From an uncultured Deinococcales bacterium (lineage in GTDB: Bacteria; Deinococcota; Deinococci; Deinococcales; JAAFIG01): a stretch of DNA of 21,938 bases. Each line of letters begins with the position of its first letter. The stretch's first letter is position 1. This document shows, piece after piece, positions 7,044 to 16,196 of the stretch. The stretch lies in NCBI GenBank assembly GCA_964247135.1, contig CAXTTL010000058.1:1-21938 (forward strand), written 5' to 3'. The position numbers and the translations under genes were made by a program. The notes beneath the pieces were generated by a model. It did no database searches. It was not told the DNA's origin and worked only from the letters and a program-made list of their open reading frames with translations.

Positions 7044-8113
7044 GCAAACCTCAAGCTGGAACCCAAAACCTGCCGAGGCTCGAGCGGCTGCCCAAACGAA
7101 TGCAGCGGCGCGAGGTGAAAACCCAAATGGGCGTGCTTGCGTGCCACCTCGAGCATGTACTCTGCCTGCTCGAGTTTGGGTGCGCCAATGCCAAAGTGAC
7201 CGCTGTGACCCTCGAGTCCGAGCAGCACGGTTTCGGCGAGGCAGGCATAGAGAAGTCCTTTGGGCAGTCCGACCCGTCCGCGCAGGTGAATCCCTGGGGC
7301 TTCGACCAGCCCGCCGTCCACCACCAGCACGTCTGGGCGCTCGAGCAGCAATTTTGGGTCGGTGTTGCGCGGTTGGGTGTCGTCGAGCACCACCGCGCCC
7401 TCCTTCAGGTGTTCGCCGCCCAGCAACGCCTCGCTCGAGCTGGTCAGCAAGACCACCAGATCGGCTTGACGCACGCTGTTCATCTCGGTGCTGGTATCCA
7501 CCTCCAAACCGGCACGGCGCACACGCCCCGCCAACGCCTCGAGCCGCCCTTGATGTCTGGCGACCAGGGTCAGCCTTGAAGCCAGCGGGCGTTTGCCGAG
7601 CAATTCGATCAGACACGAACCGACGCTGCCCGTCGCACCGACCACGGCGATGTGTGGGTCGGACGGCAGCTTGGAGAGCAGGCGCTGAATGCCCAGCCAG
7701 GTCATTGCGGCGGTGAAGGCATTGCCGTTGGTCACGCCGATATCGGTTCTGTTCTCGAGGGTCTTGCCGCCCAGGGTGGCGGGGGCGGTCAGGGCGCCCA
7801 GCCCAACGACCTCCGCGCCCAATTGCGCGGCTTTGTCCACCGCCTCGGCGACCTTGGCTTGCACAAAACGGCGCGGCAACTCGAGCAACTGACGTGCGCC
7901 CAGGGGAACGGTCACCAGCCAACCAGCCGCCTCGTTCGGTGCGTCGCTGGTGCGCAACTCGCCCGTGACCAGTGGCGGAATCGGCAGGCGCTGCATGGCT
8001 TTTTCGTAGACCGCATCGGGAATCAGACGCAACGGCGCAAAGCCGAAGAGTTTGGTGATGTCGCTCGAGACCTCGCTGCGGGGGTGAATCAAAAAGGCGA
8101 ATTTCTTGTTCAT
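7040..8113 (-). CDS. Acyl-ACP-reductase-like / COG5322-type predicted dehydrogenase
   Basis: Start MNKKFAFLIHPR at 8113 (RBS AGGAGG). Motifs GLGALT, VTNGNAFTA, Rossmann VVGATGSVGS, DDTQPRN, VDGGLV and YACLAET match the family that includes cyanobacterial acyl-ACP reductase. Confidence 0.85.
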   Translation of the reverse strand: MNKKFAFLIHPRSEVSSDITKLFGFAPLRLIPDAVYEKAMQRLPIPPLVTGELRTSDAPNEAAGWLVTVPLGARQLLELPRRFVQAKVAEAVDKAAQLGAEVVGLGALTAPATLGGKTLENRTDIGVTNGNAFTAAMTWLGIQRLLSKLPSDPHIAVVGATGSVGSCLIELLGKRPLASRLTLVARHQGRLEALAGRVRRAGLEVDTSTEMNSVRQADLVVLLTSSSEALLGGEHLKEGAVVLDDTQPRNTDPKLLLERPDVLVVDGGLVEAPGIHLRGRVGLPKGLLYACLAETVLLGLEGHSGHFGIGAPKLEQAEYMLEVARKHAHLGFHLAPLHSFGQPLEPRQVLGSSLRFA

Positions 8114-8167
8114 GGTCTTCCTCCTGGTGTACACGCGGCTTTGATGCCGTTCGTGTTGCTTGCCAGA

Positions 8168-8223
8168 AGAATGCCAAAAGCCCCGTGAAGTCAGCGTTAT
8201 GTCGGCTCGAGACTCGCATAACG
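8168..8223 (-). promoter_or_regulatory. Direct-repeat operator plus -10-like CATTCT, copy 2, with an extra inverted half-site
   Basis: CAAAAGCCCCGTGAAGTCAGCGTTATG (8175-8201); inverted CATAACG at 8217-8223; same 10-nt spacing to the -10-like hexamer as copy 1. Confidence 0.65.
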
Positions 8224-8312
8224 AAATGCAAAATGGCTGTTCGGGAAAAGAAAAACTGAACCAACTCGAGTTTTTTTTTGAGCATGTATTGATAGATTTC
8301 TCGAGCGGGGCT

Positions 8313-8402
8313 ATAAGCTTTAAGCTCCAAGCCAAAAACGCTGTTCCTTAGAGCTTATCGCTTGGAGCTTCTTGACCATTCCCGCACCTTACGGGCATGG
8401 TC
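8313..8402. terminator. Cluster of inverted repeats downstream of the BTAD regulator
   Basis: GACCATTCCCG/CGGGCATGGTC (8374-8402, 1 mismatch); AAGCTCCAAGC/GCTTGGAGCTT (8322-8332/8360-8370). Confidence 0.45.
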
Positions 8403-8467
8403 GCTTCTAGCCATTTCCACATCAAACCCTTGAGAATTTTTTTCAAATTGAATTTCATAAACACCCT

Positions 8468-11425
8468 CTAAAGGCTCGAGGTTTGGGTTTTCATCTTGGA
8501 CTGAGGCATTTGGACATTCAAGGCGAATTTGACCACTTGATCGAGCGACATGGCTCGTCCGCGCCCAAGGGCAAGCTCGACCTCGAGGGGATCAAGACCC
8601 TCTCGGGCTTTTGCCTGAGCGGTCTCGAGCACGGTTTGGGTAAAGGCGTTAAAGCGAAAACCCGCCTTATCGGTGAAAGCCTGAACCGCCGCCGTCAACT
8701 CGAGCGCCACGATTGGATGCCCCAGGGCAACCTCGAGGTCAGCCAAGCTGATCAGGGCATGGGCGGTGTTGCGACGATGACCGAGCTTGTGAAAACTTTC
8801 CAAGCCCTCGCACATGAACGCCCTGGCTCTTGCCAGCTCGCCGAGACGGGCGGTGATGTTACCCAAGTTGAACACCGAAACCCCAATCCCCTCCTGGTCG
8901 CCCAATTCGCGTTTGATTGCCAGGCTGCGTTCGGTCAGCGGCAGTTCTTGCGCAGGGTCGAGCAGGGTGTTGGCAATGTTGCTGAGTTGATTGGCAATCC
9001 CTCGGCGGTCTTCGAGCGCCTCGTACAGGCGCAAACTTTCCTCGAAATGCCCTCTGGCGGTTTGATTGTCGTTCAGGTAGGCAAAAACAATGCCCAGGGT
9101 GGTCAGGGCATTCGCCAACTCGGCGGGTTGATTGAGCTGGCGGCAAATCGCTATGGCGGCTTCCAAATGACCCGAGGCTCGCTCGAGTTCGCCAGTGACC
9201 CGCTCGAGTTCACCGAGGGTTCGTAGCGCCATCGCTTCGCCTGGCTGGTCGCCTTGGGTTTGAAAGAGGTCAAGCGCCTCCAGAAGACATTCTGCCGCCC
9301 AGGCATAATCGCCCTGATGGGTGGCGAAACTTCCCACCCCAAGCAAGGCTTTGGCTCGAGCGGCGTTGCGGGTTTGGGCTTCGGGCAGGGCGAGCAGCCG
9401 CTCGAGCCAATCGCGCCCCTCGCGTCCGAGTCCGCGCACATCCCAGAATTTTTTTAACGCCTCCGCCAGGCGCAAACCCAGTTCGGCTCGGTGCGCCTCG
9501 AGCGTCCAACTCAGGGCGGCGTTGATGTTCTCGCGCTCAAAGGTCAAACGCTCGAGCCAGAGCGCCTGATCGTTGCCCTGCATGGCAAGTTTGGCTTGTT
9601 CGGCAAGTTTGACAAAAAACAGCGCGTGTTGTTCCAAAGCCTGGGCAGCCCGTTTTGGTTCGGACTCGAGTCGCTCCAGGGCGTACTGACGAATCAATTC
9701 GTGCAGGTCAAAACGGTTTTGCCCTCCCCGCACGCGGCGCAGCAAAGAATGGTCGAGCAAGGTCAGCAACTCGAGGTTGCCCGCGCCAGTCACACTTAAA
9801 GCGGTGGTTCGTTCAAAACCGCCACGAAACACCGAAAGTTTTAAAAGCAGTTTTTGGGAGGAAGGCTCGAGCAGCAGCCAGGAATATTCAAAAACCGCCC
9901 GAAGACCACGCTGACGTTCTGGCAGACCGCCGAGCGAACCGCTCAAGAAATCCAGGTTGCCTTCGATTTCGGTGGCAATTTCGGTGAGGGACAGCATCCG
10001 TACCCAAGCCCCAGCCAACTCGAGCGCCAGTGGCACGCCGCCCAAACGTTCACAGATTCGCACCGCCTCAAAACGGTCGATGGTGCTCAAAACCAGTCCT
10101 GGACTGGCACGCCTGGCGGCATCAAACAACAAACGCACCGCGTCGTAATCTTCAAACCGTTCTCCTGACAAACTGATCTCGACGGTTGGAAAGACCAGAC
10201 CGCCCAGTTCAAACGCCCGCTCCTGCGCCAGTCCCAGCCGCACCCTCGAGGTCACCAACACCCGAATTTGCGGCAAGCCCCGCAGCGATTCGATCAGGTT
10301 TCGGGTTTCAGCAAGCAGATGCTCGCTGTTGTCCAAGACCAGCAGCATCGATTCTCCCTCGAGCCGCTCGAGCAGCAAGGTTTCGGCTTGGGCGGCATCT
10401 TTGGGCGGTTGACCGAGCGCGTCCAAGACCAGTGCCGCCAGCGAACGTCCGCCCTGCTGCGCGGCGAGTGGCACAAACAGCGCCGCCTCTTCGGCGCGTC
10501 GGGCAACCTCGAGCGCCAGTCGGGTTTTGCCCATGCCGCCAGGTCCAACAATCGTCAACAGGCGCACCTCTGGGTCAGCCAAACTCAACGCCAGCTCCGC
10601 CAGTTCCGCCTCGCGCCCGACGAACGGCGTGCTCGAGATCGGCAGACGGCTGGGCGTGTACGTCACCTGATTTGACGCGGCAGGCGCACCCAAATCGGCT
10701 ACAGATTGGGGAACTCGAGTCGCGTTTTGCAACTGCAACGCGAGCGCCTGGGTTTCGGGGCGCGGCTCGAGGTTGAGTTCTTCGAGCAATTGGCGTTCAA
10801 AAACGGCGTAACGCGCCAAGGCGCGATCAGGTCGTCCAGACGCCGCAGCCAGTCGCAACATCCGAGCCAGCACCTCCTCGGACAAACCATCGTCGTCGAG
10901 CAAGCGCTCGAGCAGATCAAATACCGCCTCAAACTGCTGGGACTGTTCGAGTTCAAGCAAATGATGGTGGGCTGCCTCGAGCCACAACGAACGCAGATGA
11001 CCGCGTTCCAACTCGAGCCAAGCGCCAAACTCGCCGACCTCATCGCCCTCGAGTCCCCAGAGCAACGCTCCAGAATAAAGCTTCACCGCCTGTCCCCAAT
11101 TTTTGAGCGCACTGGCATCGACAAAAGCCGCGACATCGGTCTGAACCTGCCAGCACAAACGGTGCCGCTCGGTTTGCAGATCGCCCGTCCACTCGAGCGA
11201 TTTGACCCGAGCCAGCAACTGCCGCAGGTTGTTGCGTGCCATGTCCGGCGCACTGTCCGACCAGAACAGATCGGCAAGGGCATCGCGGTTCGTCCAATCG
11301 TGACGGTACGCCAGGTACGCCAGCAATTGAAAACGCTTGTCGGGCAAAAAATCCAAGACCTCAGAACCAAGCCTGGCTTGGACCCGTCCCAGCAATTGAA
11401 TTGAGCCAAGCAGCGCGGTGTCCAT
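8468..11425 (-). CDS. AfsR/SARP-like transcriptional regulator: N-terminal wHTH-BTAD, NB-ARC STAND ATPase, C-terminal TPRs
   Basis: Start MDTALLG at 11425 (RBS GAGGG). LLAYLA...LADLFWSD...ARNNLRQ and LYSGALL...FGAWLELER (BTAD); PFVGREAEL, Walker A GPGGMGKT, Walker B LLVLDNSEH, VTSR, GGVPLALELA, FDLHELIRQYA; TPR helices follow. Confidence 0.92.
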   Translation of the reverse strand: MDTALLGSIQLLGRVQARLGSEVLDFLPDKRFQLLAYLAYRHDWTNRDALADLFWSDSAPDMARNNLRQLLARVKSLEWTGDLQTERHRLCWQVQTDVAAFVDASALKNWGQAVKLYSGALLWGLEGDEVGEFGAWLELERGHLRSLWLEAAHHHLLELEQSQQFEAVFDLLERLLDDDGLSEEVLARMLRLAAASGRPDRALARYAVFERQLLEELNLEPRPETQALALQLQNATRVPQSVADLGAPAASNQVTYTPSRLPISSTPFVGREAELAELALSLADPEVRLLTIVGPGGMGKTRLALEVARRAEEAALFVPLAAQQGGRSLAALVLDALGQPPKDAAQAETLLLERLEGESMLLVLDNSEHLLAETRNLIESLRGLPQIRVLVTSRVRLGLAQERAFELGGLVFPTVEISLSGERFEDYDAVRLLFDAARRASPGLVLSTIDRFEAVRICERLGGVPLALELAGAWVRMLSLTEIATEIEGNLDFLSGSLGGLPERQRGLRAVFEYSWLLLEPSSQKLLLKLSVFRGGFERTTALSVTGAGNLELLTLLDHSLLRRVRGGQNRFDLHELIRQYALERLESEPKRAAQALEQHALFFVKLAEQAKLAMQGNDQALWLERLTFERENINAALSWTLEAHRAELGLRLAEALKKFWDVRGLGREGRDWLERLLALPEAQTRNAARAKALLGVGSFATHQGDYAWAAECLLEALDLFQTQGDQPGEAMALRTLGELERVTGELERASGHLEAAIAICRQLNQPAELANALTTLGIVFAYLNDNQTARGHFEESLRLYEALEDRRGIANQLSNIANTLLDPAQELPLTERSLAIKRELGDQEGIGVSVFNLGNITARLGELARARAFMCEGLESFHKLGHRRNTAHALISLADLEVALGHPIVALELTAAVQAFTDKAGFRFNAFTQTVLETAQAKAREGLDPLEVELALGRGRAMSLDQVVKFALNVQMPQSKMKTQTSSL

Positions 11426-11766
11426 GAATGCCCTCACAGAATAAGAACGCCTGAAACCAACCGACCTCGAGCTTAACCTGTCAGGGCAATTGGGTTGAGT
11501 AAAAGTTTGCAAGAACCTTTGCCACACGACTTGCTGCGGTCTATGGAGTAAAACCACTCGTGCCAAAAAAGTCCTGATATTATGCCAGGAAGTCTATCCA
11601 GCAAATCGGGTTGATCGTGTTCACCCTGGGAAGGTTCGAGCAACCCATGACCGCGCATATTCATCGTTAAGTCTGGTCGTGTTTTATGCTGGCATCAAAC
11701 GCTACGAAAGTGGAAATTTACTCGAAATGCGCGGTTAAAACGCATCTCGAGCTTTGAATACTTCAA

Positions 11767-12360
11767 TTACGCAGCAATCCCCTCGAGCAGCACATTTAAC
11801 ACCGCATTCAACTGGGTCAAACGATCTTTGCCCAGATTCTCGAGCACCAATTTCGGGTGATGAAACGCAATCGTGGCAATAAACAAAGTATGTGTAACGG
11901 TTTTAACATCGGCAGTTTTAAATTCGCCCGAATCCATGCCCTGCTGCACAATACGCTCGAGTTGTGCCGCGTTGACCGCCAAATGGCGTTGGATAAATGG
12001 ACGCATTTCAGAGGATGCCATATCGAAAGCGGCGTACAATTCGGGATCGGCTTGGACTTTTTTCAGTTTCAGTTGATGCAACGCCAAAAACCATTCGCGC
12101 AATTTGGGGGTGGCTTTGATCTTGCGCTTGACCACCGTCTCGAGTTCACTTTCAATGTGCAGCAACCAACGGTCTGAGACTTCATCGAGCAAAGCTCGCT
12201 TGTCGGCAAACAACTTGTACAGCGCCGAGTGACTGACCCCAACACTTTTTGCCACGTCCACCAAGCGCGTGCGCTCGAGACCGTAACGACGAACATTGGT
12301 CTCGAGCGCCTCGAGAATGGCGTGTTTGAGTTCTTCTTGGGTTAAGCCGGTGCGGGGCAT
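11767..12360 (-). CDS. TetR family transcriptional regulator
   Basis: N-terminal HTH GLERTRLVDVAKSVGVSHSALYKLFADKRALL; C-terminal IVQQGMDSGEF...FHHP. Confidence 0.93.
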   Translation of the reverse strand: MPRTGLTQEELKHAILEALETNVRRYGLERTRLVDVAKSVGVSHSALYKLFADKRALLDEVSDRWLLHIESELETVVKRKIKATPKLREWFLALHQLKLKKVQADPELYAAFDMASSEMRPFIQRHLAVNAAQLERIVQQGMDSGEFKTADVKTVTHTLFIATIAFHHPKLVLENLGKDRLTQLNAVLNVLLEGIAA

Positions 12361-12425
12361 CTCGAGTTTAGTTTACCTTGCAACGAACGGGAGGTTCGGC
12401 GAGTGACAGCGCATCTCAAAAGCGA

Positions 12426-13172
12426 TCAGTGGCTGTTGAGGCGCTCGAACACGGCAGCGTAGTTGGCGTTGACTTCGGCGAAACGCAAGGGTTTGACCCG
12501 TTCCACAAGAATCTCGTTGGTGTCGGGCGAAGTCTCGAGAATCTGCATACTTTCGGCAATAAAGTCTTTGAGCGGCATGGCGTTCGGATCGTTTGCTTGC
12601 CCTGCACCCATCAGTTCTGTCTGCACATAAGGCGGTACAAGCTCGAGTACCTGCACCGAGGTTTCTTTGAGTTGGTGACGCAAGGATTGGGTGTACGAAT
12701 GGATTGCCGCCTTGGTCGCACAGTAGGTCGGGGTTGCCGCCATCGGAATGAACGCCAGCCCTGACGAAACCGTCATGATTGCGGCGCGTGGTTGCGCCAC
12801 CAAAAATGGTAAAAGCGCCGCGTTTAAGCTGATTGGTCCAAGCAGGTTGGTTGCCAAAGTCGCCATCGCATCGGCAATTTTGCCCTCGAGCAGAGATTCA
12901 GCCCTCATGATGCCTGCGTTGTGGATGACGACATTCAGGGTCGGATGATCGGTTTTTAACTTTTCGGCAAAGCTCGCAACCGTATCGGTTTTTTCAATGT
13001 CGAGCACCGCCGACTTCATGCCAGGATTCGCTGCCGTGACTTCCTCGAGCAAGGCTTGGCGGCGACCCGCAATGATGACTTGGTTGCCTTTGGCGTGGAA
13101 GGCTTCGGCGAGGGCGCGTCCAATGCCAGACCCGCCGCCGGTAATCAAAATGGTGTTTCCTGTCGTTTTCAT
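12426..13172 (-). CDS. Short-chain dehydrogenase/reductase (DltE-like)
   Basis: TILITGGGSGIG, NAGIM, VSSGLAF, catalytic YCATK and VLELVPPYVQTEL. Confidence 0.93.
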   Translation of the reverse strand: MKTTGNTILITGGGSGIGRALAEAFHAKGNQVIIAGRRQALLEEVTAANPGMKSAVLDIEKTDTVASFAEKLKTDHPTLNVVIHNAGIMRAESLLEGKIADAMATLATNLLGPISLNAALLPFLVAQPRAAIMTVSSGLAFIPMAATPTYCATKAAIHSYTQSLRHQLKETSVQVLELVPPYVQTELMGAGQANDPNAMPLKDFIAESMQILETSPDTNEILVERVKPLRFAEVNANYAAVFERLNSH

Positions 13173-13206
13173 CTGTGTTTCCTCCGCATGTCTTTTTAGT
13201 TACAGA

Positions 13207-13245
13207 TAACATAATTAATATATTGTTACTTTCTAAAAATGTCAA
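13207..13245 (-). promoter_or_regulatory. Sigma70-type promoter of the SDR gene with overlapping palindromic operator (probably TetR)
   Basis: TTGACA (13245-13240), 17 nt, TATATT (13222-13217). Inverted repeat TAACA-N12-TGTTA (13207-13228) covers the -10. Confidence 0.75.
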
Positions 13246-13280
13246 GCGCCTTTTAAACCAAGCTTCAAGCACCTTAAAAC

Positions 13281-14777
13281 TCAGCGCACGTTGGGTCTTG
13301 AAGTTGGCGGTTGATCGTCAGGCACACCCGCCCAATAAATAACACGACTCGAACAACTTGAATCCAGTTTTACTTCTGGTTGCTCTAGAAAGGCTTGAAA
13401 GATTTTGCTGGCACAACTTAAATTCGCATTTTTGTTCAATACCCCATGACCGCCGATAAACTCAACCACCTGCGCCTGCTCGAGGTGGCTGGCAACCGCA
13501 CGGGCGTATTCGGAAGGCGTGACGGGATCAAATTTTCCTGTGAAAATTAAAGTCGGAATGCGGCTGGTGACAGGCTCGAGGTCGGCTTTGCTGGCAGTTC
13601 CCGCTTTCCAATCCTGACAATTCTCAACCACGCCAGAGCTGGGTTTGGTGGACAACTCTCGGTAAATCGGCAGCACATCAAAACCCAAAGTCGTCGCCCA
13701 TTCGGCTGGGTTTAAATGCACCATTTCGCGGCAAACCACACTGAGGTACATGCCCTGGGCAAAAGCATCGACCTCGATTGAAACGTTTTCGATGGCAAAA
13801 TACGGGCTAAGGATTTGCTCGAGACTTTTTGCGTCTTGAATTGCCAGGGCATGAATGAACCAAGGGATGCGCGGGTTGGCATTCGTATCGTACAAAGACG
13901 CGATCAAAAAACCGTAGACCATGTACTCGTTGAGTTTTAAGTCAAAACCACCGTTGCGTTCGCCGCCCCGAATACGCACCACCAAAGGTTCGTTGCGCAC
14001 ATTCTCAAACGCCTGCTCGAGTTGAAAGTACAAATTGGGAAACGCCGTAACGCAGCGTGAATCCGTTTCGCAAGCCTCGAGCACCCGCCGCAAAGCCCGG
14101 TCTTTGGTTGCAATGTTGTCCACCAGCGCATTCACCCCCACGGGCAGCACCGCGTCGAGGGTGACGCTGCGAACCACATTTTCGTTCAAACGCATGACGT
14201 GTTGCGCCAGCAGGGTGCCGTAAGAAATGCCGTAGACATCAAGTTTTTCGTAACCCAATTGACTGCGAATATCGCCGACATCCAAGGCATTTTCAACGCT
14301 GTTAAACGCCGAAATCTCCGTACCGGCTCGAGTGTAAAGTTCGCGGCAAAGCACCATGTCGCCGCCACAATTGAGCGCGGGTTGCGAGAAACCGATGCCG
14401 CGCTGATCGAACAAAATCAAATCCTCTGTGGCAGTAAAAGCCGATGCCAATTCGCCCGTTAACGCCGTTCCCAAAAATGCACTCGAGGCTCCAGGTCCGC
14501 CGTTGAGGTAAATCAAAGCGTTTTGGGATTTCTCGGCATTGCGTTGCAGCACCATCACAAACAAGCGAATCGCCCGCCCTCGAGCCACGCCGTGACGCTC
14601 GAGCACCACCACAAAACCGCAGCGTTTTTTGAGTTTTGCCAGTTCGCTCGAGAGCCTGAACACACAGGGCGCTTTTTCAAACCGTGGCACGGTCGGCGGA
14701 AAGCTTCGGGCGAAACCGAGGTTAGCGCACAGCATCAGCACCAAAACCGCCATCAATCGTTTCACAAAAACCCCCAT
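13281..14777 (-). CDS. Secreted alpha/beta hydrolase (TAP-like peptidase/esterase family)
   Basis: Signal peptide KRLMAVLVLMLCANLGFA; LNGGPG, FDQRGIG, nucleophile GISYG, GKFDPVTP, GGHG. Start is ATG 14777 or GTG 14765. Confidence 0.9.
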   Translation of the reverse strand: MGVFVKRLMAVLVLMLCANLGFARSFPPTVPRFEKAPCVFRLSSELAKLKKRCGFVVVLERHGVARGRAIRLFVMVLQRNAEKSQNALIYLNGGPGASSAFLGTALTGELASAFTATEDLILFDQRGIGFSQPALNCGGDMVLCRELYTRAGTEISAFNSVENALDVGDIRSQLGYEKLDVYGISYGTLLAQHVMRLNENVVRSVTLDAVLPVGVNALVDNIATKDRALRRVLEACETDSRCVTAFPNLYFQLEQAFENVRNEPLVVRIRGGERNGGFDLKLNEYMVYGFLIASLYDTNANPRIPWFIHALAIQDAKSLEQILSPYFAIENVSIEVDAFAQGMYLSVVCREMVHLNPAEWATTLGFDVLPIYRELSTKPSSGVVENCQDWKAGTASKADLEPVTSRIPTLIFTGKFDPVTPSEYARAVASHLEQAQVVEFIGGHGVLNKNANLSCASKIFQAFLEQPEVKLDSSCSSRVIYWAGVPDDQPPTSRPNVR

Positions 14778-14784
14778 GCTGTCT

Positions 14785-15624
14785 TTACGATCTTTGGCTC
14801 GAGACGGTTTCAACTTTCAAGCCCATCGCCTCAAGAAGCACGGTTTCCATGACCTCGAGCGGCGGCTTTTGACCAGTGTACAACTCGAATTGTGCCGCCG
14901 CCTGATGAAGCCGCATTCGGTAGCCGGGTATGACCGTGCAAGATTTGGCTCGAGCCAACGCCAGCAAAGGTGTCTCGAGCGGTTCGGCGACCACATCCAT
15001 GATGATTTTTCCAGGCAATAAAATGCTTTCTGGCACGACGCAAACTCCAGGCTGTGAAACATAACCCGCCGAGGTCGTGTGCACCAGAATCTCGTAATCG
15101 CTCGAGAGCGCGTTCAGATCGCCGCCAAACGCCACGCCCAATTCGAGCGCCAAAACCCGAGCCTTTTCTGAAGTGCGGTTGAACAGACTGACCTGTGCCC
15201 CGCGTTTTTTGAGTCCAAACGCCACCGCTCGAGCCGCGCCGCCCGCACCGACCACAAAGGCTTTTTTGCCAGCAAGGTTGATGCCCTGTTCCTCGAACGC
15301 CAGCACCGCGCCGAGCCAGTCGAGGTTGTACCCCGTCAACACGCCAGCCTCGTTGACCACCGTGTTGACCGCGCCAATTTCCTGGGCAACAGGGTCGAGG
15401 TGATCCAAAAATTCCATGATTCCGACCTTGTGCGGCATGGTCACGCCGTATCCACGAATGCCGAGGCTTCGCATGGCAGCCACCGCGCCCGCAACGTCTT
15501 CGATCCCAAAAGCCACATACGCAAACTCGAGCTTTAAATGCCTGAACATGGCGTTATGAATCGCTTGACCGACGCGGCTCGGGTGGCTGGCGATAGAACC
15601 GCAGAGCATTGGGAAACTGGGCAT
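14785..15624 (-). CDS. aroE: Shikimate dehydrogenase family protein (SdhL-like subclass)
   Basis: VTMPHK, GAVNTV, GAGGAARA, NRT, DVVAEPLETP, QFELYTG. Start ATG 15624 lies 6 nt after a TATGCT -10 (alternative TTG 15642). Family is certain; true AroE function is doubtful. Confidence 0.85.
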   Translation of the reverse strand: MPSFPMLCGSIASHPSRVGQAIHNAMFRHLKLEFAYVAFGIEDVAGAVAAMRSLGIRGYGVTMPHKVGIMEFLDHLDPVAQEIGAVNTVVNEAGVLTGYNLDWLGAVLAFEEQGINLAGKKAFVVGAGGAARAVAFGLKKRGAQVSLFNRTSEKARVLALELGVAFGGDLNALSSDYEILVHTTSAGYVSQPGVCVVPESILLPGKIIMDVVAEPLETPLLALARAKSCTVIPGYRMRLHQAAAQFELYTGQKPPLEVMETVLLEAMGLKVETVSSQRS

Positions 15625-15638
15625 GAAACCAGCATAAG

Positions 15639-16196
15639 TCAAACTCGAGTTTGAAGCGCGGCAATCAAATCATGTGTCTCGAGGACTTCGAGATTGCTGG
15701 TGTCCAAATCCCAGGTCGTGCCCGCAAGCTCGAGACGCACAGGCTTTTGCTGCACCAAAGCTTCCATCTCTGGCAAGGTCACGTTGTCCGCATGACCTGG
15801 GTGACGCGAGCCACCCTCCCACCGCGCACGAAAACGCTCGAGCAAGATTTCAGGCTTTGCGTGACAATGAATTTGAAACGTTTCAAAATCGTATTGTTGC
15901 TGCAAGTTCTCAAAGATTGGAACATGAACCGCCGGATCAAAATTGCCCTCGATGATGCTCGAGCGACCCACCGCAAGTTCCGCCTCGAGCACGTCAAACA
16001 AGAGCTTGTAACTGAGCAGGCTGAGTTTTTTGGACCACGCCCGATCCGACCAGCCAAGTTCGTCAAACAGCCGTTCTTTAAACGTATCTTTGGAAAAATA
16101 CGGCAGCCTGAATTCTTGGGCAACGCGCCTTCCGAGCGCCGTTTTGCCCGTGCAGGACAAGCCAGAAATCACGATCACCAGTGGTTTTTTGTTCAT
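15639..16196 (-). CDS. P-loop nucleotide/gluconate-kinase-like protein (AAA_33 type)
   Basis: VIVISGLSCTGKT, SKDTFKE, IIEGNF, lid RFRAR...RHPGH; ATGA overlap with the GGDEF gene stop. Confidence 0.88.
   Translation of the reverse strand: MNKKPLVIVISGLSCTGKTALGRRVAQEFRLPYFSKDTFKERLFDELGWSDRAWSKKLSLLSYKLLFDVLEAELAVGRSSIIEGNFDPAVHVPIFENLQQQYDFETFQIHCHAKPEILLERFRARWEGGSRHPGHADNVTLPEMEALVQQKPVRLELAGTTWDLDTSNLEVLETHDLIAALQTRV

Noticed and set aside
7044-8330. Apparent 885-aa fusion ORF (N-terminal extension of the NDH-2-like gene)
   Set aside because: The extension is an Arg-rich off-frame read of the reductase gene; the real start at 7043 has an RBS and ATGA coupling.
8468-11425. STAND-TPR proteins as Avs-type antiphage systems
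   Set aside because: Effector ends are SARP/BTAD transcription domains, not nuclease/SIR2/TIR, and matching operator-like repeats are adjacent.
11557-11625. Vague purine-riboswitch resemblance (TCCTG-loop-CAGGA then AGTCTATCC)
   Set aside because: Conserved junction and P3 loop nucleotides are missing and there is no downstream + strand gene; an Rfam search would be needed.
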